NCBI RefSeq assembly: GCF_004010195.1
Contig: NC_057718.1
Coordinates: 16,556,385 to 16,576,384 of the forward strand
Length of the DNA stretch: 20,000 nucleotides
Reading direction: 5' to 3'
From: Chiloscyllium plagiosum
Lineage: Eukaryota
The notes under the pieces were generated by a model, which saw nothing but the letters and a program-made list of their open reading frames with translations, did no database searches and was not told where the DNA came from. Shown here in pieces: positions 9,722 to 20,000 of the stretch. Within the stretch, counting starts at the first letter, position 1, and the number at the start of each line of letters is the position of its first letter. The position numbers and the translations under genes were made by a program.

Positions 9722-9940
9722 TCATGATTTGGAGATGCCAGTGTTGGACTGGGCTATACAAAGTTAAAAATCACACAACATCAGGTTATAGTCCAACAGG
9801 TTTAGTTGGAAGCACTAGCTTTCGGAGCACAGCTCCTTCATCAGGTGGTTGTGAAGCCTGGTGAAGGTGCAGCACTCATAAAGCTAGAGCTTCCAATTAA
9901 ACCTGTTGGACTATAACTGGTGTTGTGTGATTTTAATTTT
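9722..9940. mobile_element. Second Penelope-like fold-back element, in the opposite orientation to 4518-4727
   Basis: Tail 9722-9760 is the reverse complement of 4692-4727. Arms 9761-9845 and 9857-9940 are inverted repeats with an 11-nt spacer. Degenerate flanking repeat ACTTTTAGTCA / ACTTAAGTCA. Confidence 0.8.
9813..9847 (-). ncRNA. Minimal type I hammerhead ribozyme motif
   Basis: Minus strand CAC CUGAUGA A GGAGC UGU GCUCC GAAA GCU A/GUG. Identical to the 4573-4607 motif except in the stem II loop. Predicted cleavage between 9816 and 9815. Confidence 0.75.
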
Positions 9941-10639
9941 GACTTAAGTCACATGCTTTCCTAAAAATTAGGTTTGAACACTAGTTGTTTAAAACAATGA
10001 ACAACAAAATTCTAGGCTACACACATCAGCTCATTTTATAAAGTTTTTCCAAACAATGTAATTTTATCACATACCATACATAAAAGGAATTAGTGAAGAA
10101 ATTATTTTAATAGCTATAGCATCGAAACAGGAAATATTGAGGTGACTAAGAATATGAGAAACGGGATTATAAGCATCTTCTGAGGCTGGGATCAGCCAAA
10201 AATAGCTCCTCCAGGCAATTTGGTTTCTTGGTTCCATCCTGTCTTGGGGCCAGAGAAGACCTGCTTAGGTGCCAGGAGACTTCTCATGTAGAGGGGCTTC
10301 TCATCTCATGAAGGTCCTGCTAGCTCAAGCCTTTCTTAACTTAAGGTTTGAAAGAGATGGAACTGGCATTGAGTAACTTTCTGTACCAATGAAGAGGATC
10401 CAGAAGTTACCTGTCATGACGGACTGACCTCCAGAGGGACTCATAAGAAGTGCAAGGCACTTGGTGAAGGCAAGCAGCAAGGAAGTGCAAGTGAGGATGA
10501 GGGAAATGCTGAGAAGTGAAGTTCCTTCCAAGGGCTGGGGCTCATCAATAAAACTGATTAAAATATTTCCAGCTTGTATCTTTGAATAAAGATGCTCTTC
10601 CTGCTGTGCACTCACCTCAGTGATACTTGAAAATTGCTG

Positions 10640-10703
10640 AAGTTAGAAGTCACACAACATCAGGTTATAGTGCACAAACTTTAGGAGCCCATTCGTCAAG
10701 TGT
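10640..10703. mobile_element. Decayed single-arm remnant of the same Penelope-like repeat
   Basis: AAGTTAGAAGTCACACAACATCAGGTTATAGT matches the arm start at 9761-9792. It is followed by a degenerate CTTTAGGAGC...TTCGTCAAGTG core remnant. Confidence 0.55.
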
Positions 10704-11147
10704 AGTGATATATATTTGAGGGTTGAAACGGTTCTTAATTTTTAAGTATCTTAGTTACTTAGCCAATACAAGGGTTCCAGCTCATCTTCAATTCCATCCT
10801 AACGAAACTTTGATGAGGGCAGAATCATGTTAAAATCCTATTTCAACATTCAATTTCAAAGGATTTAATGCCTGTGCACACCCAAGCTTGCTTCCTCTTG
10901 GCAGTTAGTACTCAGCCCATTGTTTCCTATGGAACTATTCATGGATGCACAAAGATCATCGTTGGAAATTTTTCCTTAGGGTCCAGAGGAAATTCCTGAT
11001 ATTAAAATTGCTGGAATTCCTGGAACAAGTCTTAACGGATTGTGCTATGGCAGGTAAAAAGGAATGCAGTATGAATGTGTGAAACACTCATGGCTAACAT
11101 TGATTTATATACCTTGAGCAAAGCCATGGATGGATTAGATTCACATT

Positions 11148-11212
11148 TGGACAGCATGGACGAATTGGACCAAGGGGTCTGTTTCCATGCTGTTTGACTC
11201 TATGATTCTATA
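11148..11212 (+). mobile_element. HER1/CR1-type LINE 3'-terminal fragment
   Basis: GGACAGCATGGACGAATTGGACCAAGGGGTCTGTTTCCATGCTGTTTGACTCTATGATTCTAT, matching the reverse complement of 18068-18130. Confidence 0.75.
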
Positions 11213-13649
11213 TAATAATCAGGATTGGTATATTTTGTTTAGATTTGAATTAATTTTAATATAATAGTTTTAGAATGAAGAACAATTACTTGCAGACATC
11301 CACGGTTACATCATTGCCATATCACTATGATAATACAATATACTAAGAAAGATCTTGGGGAAAATCATGTATCTAATTTACAAATTTCTCCTCTATGAGA
11401 GCCATGACAGTTGCAAAGGAAGTAGTCATTATTTAGAGCAGGAACAATTCATCCCCAAAGGACGTGCTTTATTAGTTAGTGAGTCACCGATGATAAACTT
11501 TCTGTAATTCCTAAGAAGAGCCATTGTTGAATAATTAGGTGACCTACATTTTCACATAGAAGGAACAATGAATATTGTGCAGATCTTGGCAAATGAACAT
11601 AAATTGAACAGACCCTACTAAATGCAAATGGAACAACAAATTAGATTTACCTGGGCTTTAATACAGAAAATCATGAAATGACCTGAAGTGAAAACTGAAG
11701 TCATTTTCAGTTTAAGCTGAATAACAGCCATACTATTGAGTTTCTGTATTGCATCATGCACGGTAAATGATGTAAAAGTTAGACAAAGTAGTGTTTAGTA
11801 TAATTTAAGTTTTACTGCTGTTCCGATAGGCTAATCTCAGAGTGGATAGCAGATCAGAATCCAAACTCACTAGGATAGGATAGTGATCATGATCTAAAGG
11901 TTTGCTCTGTATATTTCAAATGTAGAGGGCACACTTGATGAAGCTTCTATCAAATCTGACATAATGAAGTGTAAACAGACAGACAATAAACAAGGATCCT
12001 ACAACTTCTAGGTATGAGTGATGCAAGAGACCAGATTCATTAGTACTCAGTCTAAAGTGAAGGGATACAGAAGATGAATCACACAAACTTTGATTCAGTC
12101 TCTCTTACCTGTTATGGTTCCATCTCTCCTATTACATTTCTTGTTCTGTCATGTGAGTGACAGATTAGAGAGCATCAATTCATTAAATGAGCATTAATGT
12201 TTATGTCTGTATATACTTGTATGATTTGCTGATTCATCATAGTACAATATGTCACATGTACACGACAGTACCATGATAAAAATGGCACATATTTCCTGCC
12301 ATCCTACTCCAAAGAAAATCCACATTTTTTTATAACAAGAGTGGACCAACTGAAATTCAAAGTAGACTCCAACAAAAAGCTGATTAATACGAGAAAAATA
12401 CATCTCAATGTGATGAAACAAATACAGCATCTGTTGCCATATGAATATGTAGTGGCTATCTCTGTATCATTTCACTATCTGGGATGAGCTATTCCAGAAA
12501 ATGAACCAACTCAAATGCTTAACAGTACAATGATCATATTAGTTAATTCTAGGGTGAAAAGCTTCACAAATAAATTGGCTGCATTCTGACCATTTTGACA
12601 GAAATAGGAGTGGATACAACTCCAGTATGAGGTAAAGCATAAGGTTGCAAGAATTCTAAAGAGTGGTGACATATTTTTCTGAAATAGCAAAATAAAAGCA
12701 TTTTAATTACAATCTGTTCTATAAAATGTGCTATGTCTGAAGTGAAGTGTGAAACTGAATAAAGACCAAATTAAATCTTTATTCCATAAAAAAATAAACT
12801 AGATCAGACTTAAACTTATGTTACTCAGTGGCTGGTTTTAAAATAAGCTTAAGTATCCTGTGGAGATAGGTAACTGGAGTTTAGGTTTGCGTGGATTTAC
12901 TAATTATTCATATAATTAGGCGAAATGTAAATCATTTGATGGATCAAATCTGAACTGCTCACATTAAATGCATAAAGTGATTGTGGGGTATGGGTGAGGG
13001 CTGCATTTAGTGGTTGGTTTAAGGATGTAGTGGTTGGGAATCATGCCACCTTCCTGCCCCCAGATGGAGTGTTTATGCTGTGGACAGCCTTTCCACCTTG
13101 ACGGTAATTAATACCCACTTAAGGGCCTCATCCTGAGGCTGAAGGTATTAACTCAGAGTGAACAGACAACTTGCTATGTGGGGAGCATGAAAGATTGCAC
13201 CTGTGGTGAGGATGGAAGACATCCCTTGTTAATAAAGGCACAATGCCTGATTTCGGGACCCAACATCGGGAAGAGAGCAAGACCAATGAAAGCCAAACCA
13301 TGGCCTTTGTTACTGACTGCTTTACTCCTCTGATGACCCCAGCCTGTGACATCCCATTTGCCAACATTCATTTATACCTGGACTTCTCTTCAATCCAAGT
13401 TCTTGGGTGGGAATAGTTCCAGCAATATTCTTTGCGTCCCTTGTGGTGCTATTGACATAGAAGAGTTTTGTGTGGCAGGATTTCTCTACCCTGGGATCAT
13501 TGATTTCAAGGGATGGCGCATTTCCGGTCTATCAAGATGCAGTGTGCCTTCTCAGAAAGAAGCAACGTGATGATCATGACAACTCTCCAGTCATCCATCA
13601 TTCTCACAAGATTTTGCCCTGCTTTAGGACTCTGTTCAGTATGCTGCCT

Positions 13650-13900
13650 CTAGGTATACAGGTCCACAATTCCCTGATCATGGCAACACAAGTCGATATG
13701 GTGGTCAAAAAGGCATATGGCAGAACAGGTACAAAGCAACATTTAAGAGGCATCTTGACAGATACATGAACAGACAGGGAACAGAAGGATACAGATCATG
13801 TAGAGGAAAAAGGTTTTTAGTTTAGAAACGCGTCATGTGTCTGCGCTGGCTTGGTGGGTCAAAAAGCCTGTACCTGTGCTGTACTATTCTTTATTCTTTG
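13650..13900 (+). mobile_element. Internally deleted CR1-clade LINE 3' fragment
   Basis: LGIQVHNSLIMATQVDMVVKKAYG (compare LGFQVHCTLKVAAQVDRMVKKAY in ORF 5957..6493) joined directly to the ORF2 terminus and a 3' end GCCTGTACCTGTGCTGTACTATTCTTTATTCTTTG. Confidence 0.75.
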
Positions 13901-15449
13901 TATGCAAATGCCAGTTGATAATTGCTTTCATTTAAACTGGAGATTAGTGAGGGAAAATCTAAAATATCTCCAATTAAGATTTAATAATAAAAACATGAAG
14001 CATAAATGTAAATTCTATTATTTTCTTTCTTATGGCTGCACCTATGATATTCCACATATTTGACTGAAAATACGTGACTAAGTATTTAAAGCAAGTCTCA
14101 AGGTTTGACCATCTGATGGCGTTAATTGTGTTATCAAAGATGAAAACATAGCAGTATTTATGGATCTTGTCTCAAAATTGATCAGTGTCAATTCTGTGAG
14201 TGGGATTTAATTACATTTCACTAAATTCTAATTGTGATCAGGCCAGTTTGTGTAAGGACTAATAACACTTAGTTTGAAGAAATACATCAAATATTAACAA
14301 GTACTAGAATAACTGGTCCATAAAATTTAAAGTAGGTCTTGTACAAAGCACATTTAAATAAAAAGCACCTTAGTATTGAAGTTATTACCTAAATACTGAT
14401 ACACATTCTAGCTCTATCTCCATTATATACTTTGGACTTTGCAGGTCAACCAATATAATACTAATTGCAGATGCATAGAATGACCAGCTTGCAACAAATA
14501 AGTGAACTTTATAATGCATTTAATATTTCTTTTCATTGGTTTCTATACATATTTTTTAAAGAAAAATATCAGATTGAAATGTGTGGGTGTATTCTAATCA
14601 ATCTGAACAGAATACTTATGATGGAGTAGATTATCATATTCTTAATTGGGCTGTAGCTGAATCTTGATTAATGAATCACAAGCTTGCCAAAAAATATTAC
14701 ATTTGGATCAGAGTTATGTGTAAAGATCTCTATAGACTGCTTGAAAGAAAAATAACCAGCTCATAAGACCTCAATCTCATCTAATTTATGCAACTCATGA
14801 ATTTGAATGAAAATACTTTGCCTTTCCCACTACAGATTTCGAGTATGGGAGAGGTAGTTTAATTCTCTAAGAATGATAATACTCAACTGAAGTGCAGCAA
14901 CTGAAAATTCAGAATACAGGCTTGCTCAGAAAAGATTTGTAACTTGATTTCACCGTACAAAATTGTATTGTTAATCACTGGCTTATAAAGAGTTATGCTG
15001 AGTATGATTACATAAACAAGCATCAAGAAGCAAGTGCATTATGCCGAGCATGACATAAGTGGTAATGTTACTTTTGTAAATGACAGATACCTGACAAATT
15101 TTCAGGTTATGCAACACGGTTGAGTTAAATTTTAAAGTATTATAGTGATCACCAATTCTAGGTAGACTTGGTACTGTGCTTGAAATAAGAAGCTGTACAG
15201 GAATAGCATTACACTAAGTTAAGGAAACCCAAAATCAACAAAAGTACTTTGCAAAGCAATTAATCTTCTTTCTTAAACTACTTAAAAGAAACTGAAAACA
15301 TATTAGAAAAAAGAAATCACTCCTGTTCCAACATTTTTAATGATTTCTGATTAGAAACATGAATTGTAATCATGTAATGCCTATGGCATTTGTTATAGTT
15401 TTCAGGTTTTATTTTTCATGCTATAGATTTGAAGAAAAGAAGTTAATCA

Positions 15450-16476
15450 GTGGATCAGTGTTTGTGCCCAGCTAATATGTATATGCACACAATGATTCAA
15501 AGACTTTGAACCAAATGTAATATTTCCAAGTTTGGTGATGATACAAAACTATGTGGCAATACGAGTTGAGAGGGGAAATATTAAAAATATAGAAAATAGT
15601 AGCGGGAGTAGGCCATTTAGCCCTTTGAGCCTGCTCTGCCATTGAATACGACTGTGGCTGATCAAAGGCTTCAAGAGAATCAAACAGGCTAAATGAGTGG
15701 GCATAAATCTGGAATATAACATAAAAATGTGTAGCTAACGACTTTGGGAAAAAAATAGAAATGCAGTGTATTTCTCAAATGGTGAAAGATTGGAAATGTT
15801 GCCATTCAAAAAGGCTTGGATGTCCTTGTTTATAAGTTACTGAAAACTAAAAGACAAGTGCAAGGAGCAATTAGGAAGATGAATGATATGTTGGCCTTAA
15901 TTGCAAGGAGTTTGAGCACAGGGATAAAGATATCTTGGTTCAATTGTATAGAACTGCACCTAGAAATATTGTGTACAATTTTGGTCTCCTTTCCTCAGGA
16001 AAGCTGTACTGACCACAGGGGGAGTTCAGTGAAAGTTATCAGTCTAATTCCTGGGATGTTGGACTACCCTATGATGTGAGATTGCAGAGACTGAGCATGT
16101 ATTCTGTACTGTTTATTATATCAGACTGTAAGAGCTTACAAAATTCTTGAAAGACAGGAAATATGCAGAAAGAATTGGCTGAGCATTATAGAACCAGGTG
16201 CAGCTCAAAATAAGAGGTAAGCTTTTTAAAATTAAGATCAGGAGGAACTTCTTCACTCCTCGGTGATGAATCTTTTTGGTATTCACTGTATTGGTTCAGT
16301 CATTGAGTATATTCAAGACAGAGGTCAATATATTTTCTAGACATTAAAAATATCAAGGAGTATGAAGGTATGAAAATAGTGTAGGTGTAGAAAAGTAGCC
16401 ATAATCTAGCTGCATGGCAGTGCACGCTCAACAGGCTGAGCGCCTAATCCTGCTTCTACTTCCTACAATCCTATGT
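15450..16476 (+). mobile_element. Old decayed CR1-clade LINE (RT C-terminal half to 3' end)
   Basis: GGATCAGTGTTTG (GSV-like), CNISKFGDDTKL (FADDTK motif) at ~15516-15552, QVQGAIRKMNDMLALIAR, and a 3' end GCCTAATCCTGCTTCTACTTCCTACAATCCTATG. Confidence 0.75.
15585..15663 (-). mobile_element. Short LINE/SINE 3'-tail fragment nested antisense in the old LINE
   Basis: ATAGAAAATAGTAGCGGGAGTAGGCCATTTAGCCCTTTGAGCCTGCTCTGCC is the reverse complement of a CR1-type 3' end. The host LINE resumes at ~15664. Confidence 0.65.
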
Positions 16477-16788
16477 CACTATGTAATATGATTATACATT
16501 TAAGCATTATGTATTGTCCAGGAAATTGTCAATGATTAAACTTAACATGTTCTGATCAGGTATTCATTTATCTAGAAGTCACTTTAAATATTTGAGGATG
16601 ATTCTCTTGGTTTGGAACTGATGTTCACTTGATCATAATTACACTGAACACAATCATGTTCAATTCCAGTTACAAAACTTTTACTTTGCAGTAGGAATTC
16701 ATTGCCTGTTTCCAATCAAAACCAAGGAAACATTGACAACAAAATTCAGAGTAAGATGCTCAGCAGATACTGCGGGAATGCTACGTAC

Positions 16789-16920
16789 CTTTGTTTCATT
16801 CTTTCATGCATTGTTCCATGTTGGATGCACTGGTTTTCCATTTCATCATTTCTTGCCTGCAGTTTCTCCAATCTTTCCTGTAAATACTCTTTGTCCTGGC
16901 AAAGCTGGCCAACCTCTGAT
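16789..16920 (-). CDS. SDCCAG8: Internal coding exon (132 nt, phase 2-2) of SDCCAG8 (centrosomal/ciliary coiled-coil protein)
   Basis: Minus strand reads catattccag|ATCAGAGGTT...ATGAAACAAAG|gtacgtag, with canonical acceptor and donor. It encodes (R)SEVGQLCQDKEYLQERLEKLQARNDEMENQCIQHGTMHERMKQ(R), which matches my recollection of the human SDCCAG8 C-terminal segment RSEIAQLSQEK...LQRRNEELEEQCVQHGRVHETMKQR. Identification is from memory, not BLAST. Confidence 0.88.
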
Positions 16921-17342
16921 CTGGAATATGTAATCAATTTTACAAATGAGAATAGCTGAGGAAAGACCAATTGTAATAAAGAAACATCATGACAAAAGCA
17001 ACAATAATGCCTGTCCATGTGCAATTAAATGTGAAGGAATAAAGTTGATGAATGAGAAAGCATCATCTTAACTATTTATTATAAAATTTTCAACTCTGAA
17101 ACCAAAGTCACAAGTAAGATCCTTCATGACTATGATGACAGCCCATTAATGTTCCTCAATTGTTTTGTAGCCTTTGATATGTTTGGCCCCATTTTGACAT
17201 TGGAACCTGTGCTTTCAAAGTTTGCATGTTTTGTATTAACTGAGAACGAGAAATGAAAAGAGACGTTGATTAAGGAAACCGACCCTTCCAATTTCTAAGC
17301 AAACAAAAACGGAAATTCAGATCTGGAATCCAAACATCTGGG

Positions 17343-17503
17343 TAGAGTCATAGAGATGTACAGCATGGAAACAGACCCTTTGGTCCAACCCGTCCATGCC
17401 GGCCAATATCCCAACCCAATCTAGTCCCACCTGCCAGCACCCGGCCCATACCCCTCCAAACCCTTCCTATTCATATACCCATCCAAATTCCTCTTAAATG
17501 TTG
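17343..17503 (-). mobile_element. Young HER1/CR1-type LINE 3' fragment (161 bp)
   Basis: Near-identical to 18070-18231 (TAGAGTCATAGAGA...CTCTTAAATGTTG). Confidence 0.9.
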
Positions 17504-18067
17504 AAGTGAAGTGAGACGATTTAAAAGGAAACAAAGCCATCCGAACTCAGTAGCAGTGTTTGATGCGTCCAATAGTGCAATACAGGCAAGGTGAAGAAGA
17601 GTGGCTCAATCCAGAAGCTGAGAATAAGTTGCTAGATCTGCTTCTATTACTTGAAGATAGATGAATCTACACCATCCAGACCAGGTTAAGGAGGTTTTGT
17701 AGGTATGTAACATTTTTGGTGTTGCCTGAGGAGATCAGTTTGGTGTGTGCTGCTGGTTGACTGGAGAACTGGCTACACCCTAGAGGACAAAGAGCCAAAA
17801 ATTTCTGAATCTCAAAGTTTTGAAGGATTTTGTGACTAGGTTTAATTACCTATATAGTGTGTAGTCTGCTGAGCCAAATAGTAAGATCCATCTCAGTTGT
17901 ATCAGTTATTTAACATTTCATTTATACTTTATGAGTGACCATAATTTGCCTTTTAATTCATGTCAAAATTACAACGATTTTAATGGAACAGTATAGGATG
18001 TTCACAAAGATTGATTTAATGCTTGCTTCCCATGACTAATGTATCATAAAAATTATTTTGCTTTAAA

Positions 18068-20000
18068 CATAGAGTCATAGAGACATACAGCATGGAAACA
18101 GACCCTTCGGTCCAACCTGTCCATGCCGACCAGATATCCCAACCCAATCTAGTCCCACCTGTCAGCACCCGGCCCATATCCCTCCAAACCCTTCCTATTC
18201 ATATACCCATCCAAATGCCTCTTAAATGTTGCAATTGTACCAGCCCCTACCACATCCTCTGGCAGCTCATTCCATACACATAACACCCACTGCGTGAAAA
18301 AGTTGCCCCTTAGCTCTCTTTAATATCTTTTCCCTCTGCCCCTAAACCTATGCCCTCTAGTTCTGGACTCCCGACCCCAGGGAAAAGACTTTGTCTATTT
18401 ATCTTATCCATGCCCCTCATAATTTTGTAAACCTCTATAAAGTGACCCCTCAGCCTCTGACGCTCCAGGGAAAACAGCCCCAGCCAGTTCAGCCTCTCCC
18501 TGTAGCTCAGATCCTCCAACCCTGGCAACATCCTTGTAAATCTTTTCTGAACCCTTGCAAGTTTCACAACATCTTTCCAATAAGAAGGAGACCAGAATTG
18601 CACGCAATATTCCAACAGTGGCCTCACGAATGTCCTGTACAGCCGCAACATGACCTCCCAACTTCTGTACTCAATACTCTGACCAATAAAGGAAAGCATA
18701 CCAAACGCCTTCGTCACTATCCTATCTACCTGCAACTCCACTTTCAAGGAGCTTTGAACCTGCACTCTTTGTTCAGCAACACACCCTAGGACCCTACCAT
18801 TAAGTGTATAGGTCCTGCTAAGATTTGCTTTCCCAAAATGCAGCACCTCGCATTTATTTGAATTAAACTCCATCTGCCACTTCTCAGCCCATTGGCCCAT
18901 CTGGTCCAGATCCTATTGTCGAACACCTTACTGAAGTCCACATAGATCACAACTACTGGTCTTCCCTCATCAATCTTCTTTGTTACCTCTCCAAAAAACT
19001 CAATCAAGTTTGTGAGACATGATTTCCCACGCACAAAGCCATGTTGACTATCCCAAATCAGTCCTTGCCTTTCCAAATACATGTACATCCTGTCCCTCAG
19101 GATTCCCTCCAACAACTTGCCCACCACTGAGGTCAGGCTCACCGGTATATAGTTCCCTGGCTTGTCTTTATCGCCCTTCTTAAACAATGGCACCATGTTT
19201 GCTAACCTCCAGTCTTCCAGCACCTCACCTGTCACTATCCATGAGACAAATATCTCAGCAAGAGGCCCAGCAATCACTTCTCTAGCTTCCCACAGAGTTC
19301 TCAGGTACACCTGATCAGGTCCTGGGGATTTATCCACCTTTAACCATTTCAAGACATCCAGCACTTCCTCCTCAGCAATATGGACATTTTAGAAGATGTC
19401 ACCATCTATTTCCCTACAGTCTGTATCTTCCATATCCTTTCCAACAGTAAATACGGATGCAAAATATTCATTTAGTATCTCCCCCATTTTCTGTGGCTCC
19501 ACACAAAGGCCGCCTTGTTGATCTTTGAGGGGCCCTATTCTCTACTTAGTTACCCTTTTGTCATTAATGTATTTGTAAAAACCCTTTGGATTCTCCTTAA
19601 TTCTATTTGCCAAAGCTATCTCATGTCCCCGTTTTGTCCTCCTGATTTCCCTCTTAAGTATACACCTACTTTCTTTATACTCTTCTAAGTATTCACTCGA
19701 TCTATTATGCTGACATATGCTTCCTTCTTTTTCTTAATCAAACCCTCAATTTCTTTCATCATCCCGCATTCCCTATACCTACCAGCCTTCCCTTTCACCC
19801 TGACAGGAGTATACTTTCTCTGGATTCTTGTTATCTCATTTCTGAAGGCTTCCCATTTTCCAGCCATCCCTTTACTTGCGAACATCTGCCTCCAATCAGC
19901 TTTTGAAAGTTCTTGCCTAAAACCATCAAAATTGGCCTTTCTCCAATTTAGAACTTCAACTTTTAGATCTGGTCTATCCTTTTCCATCACTATTTTAAAA
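18068..20000 (-). mobile_element. Relatively young HER1/CR1-type LINE ORF2 pseudogene, extending past the window end, with the RT core deleted
   Basis: ORFs 19685..19990, 18786..19364 (KSPGPDQVY, PVSLTSVVGKLLE, QHGFVRGKSCLTNL, VDFSKVFD) and 18310..18900 (LEYCVQFWSP). (GACTCTAT)n-type 3' tail at 18068. Confidence 0.93.

Larger units (their letters stand above)
9067..10071. mobile_element. Possible old solo-LTR-like repeat hosting the second fold-back element
   Basis: Starts TGTTTTGATCCCAGC...ACTGGACCAGTCAGATCCCAG, a motif I recall from shark repeats. A candidate CA end lies at 10071. No TSD found, and the right boundary is uncertain. Confidence 0.3.

Noticed and set aside
12108..12146. Possible minus-strand exon ending at a good donor (CAG|gtaagag)
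   Set aside because: The acceptor is weak, there is an in-frame TAA in the host phase, and the peptide does not resemble the expected next SDCCAG8 exon.
16746..17024. 92-aa ORF as a standalone gene, plus the antisense ORFs 16702..16959 and 16733..16933
   Set aside because: Only 16789-16920 is bounded by splice sites and protein-like. The rest is intron read-through or antisense shadow.
17505..18050. Possible LTR-like tract between the two LINE ends
   Set aside because: No defined termini, TSD or second copy in the window.
17343..18231. 161-bp direct repeat (17343-17503 and 18070-18231) as a pair of LTRs
   Set aside because: Both are LINE 3' ends of one family, without TG...CA termini. Independent insertions explain them.

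Overview
Eukaryotic, repeat-rich intronic DNA from a cartilaginous fish. The HE1-type tRNA-derived SINEs with (AATCT)n tails, the CR1/HER1-type LINEs and the Penelope-like terminal repeats point to a shark, probably a bamboo or epaulette shark (taxon recognised from memory, not from a search). I can support only one host coding feature: a 132-nt internal exon on the minus strand (16789-16920, AG/GT boundaries, phase 2-2). It encodes a coiled-coil peptide that I recognise as SDCCAG8, so the rest of the window is probably SDCCAG8 intron. Nearly all listed ORFs are decayed CR1-clade reverse transcriptase or spurious repeat frames. Also present are four HE1-like SINEs, a probable solo LTR and a three-level LINE/LINE/SINE nest. 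The most interesting signal is two ~210-bp fold-back Penelope-like elements (4518-4727 and 9722-9940). Each carries a minimal hammerhead ribozyme core (CAC-CUGAUGA-A-GGAGC-loop-GCUCC-GAAA-GCUA/GUG). In both, the intact core reads on the host pre-mRNA strand and the opposite-arm copy is broken.
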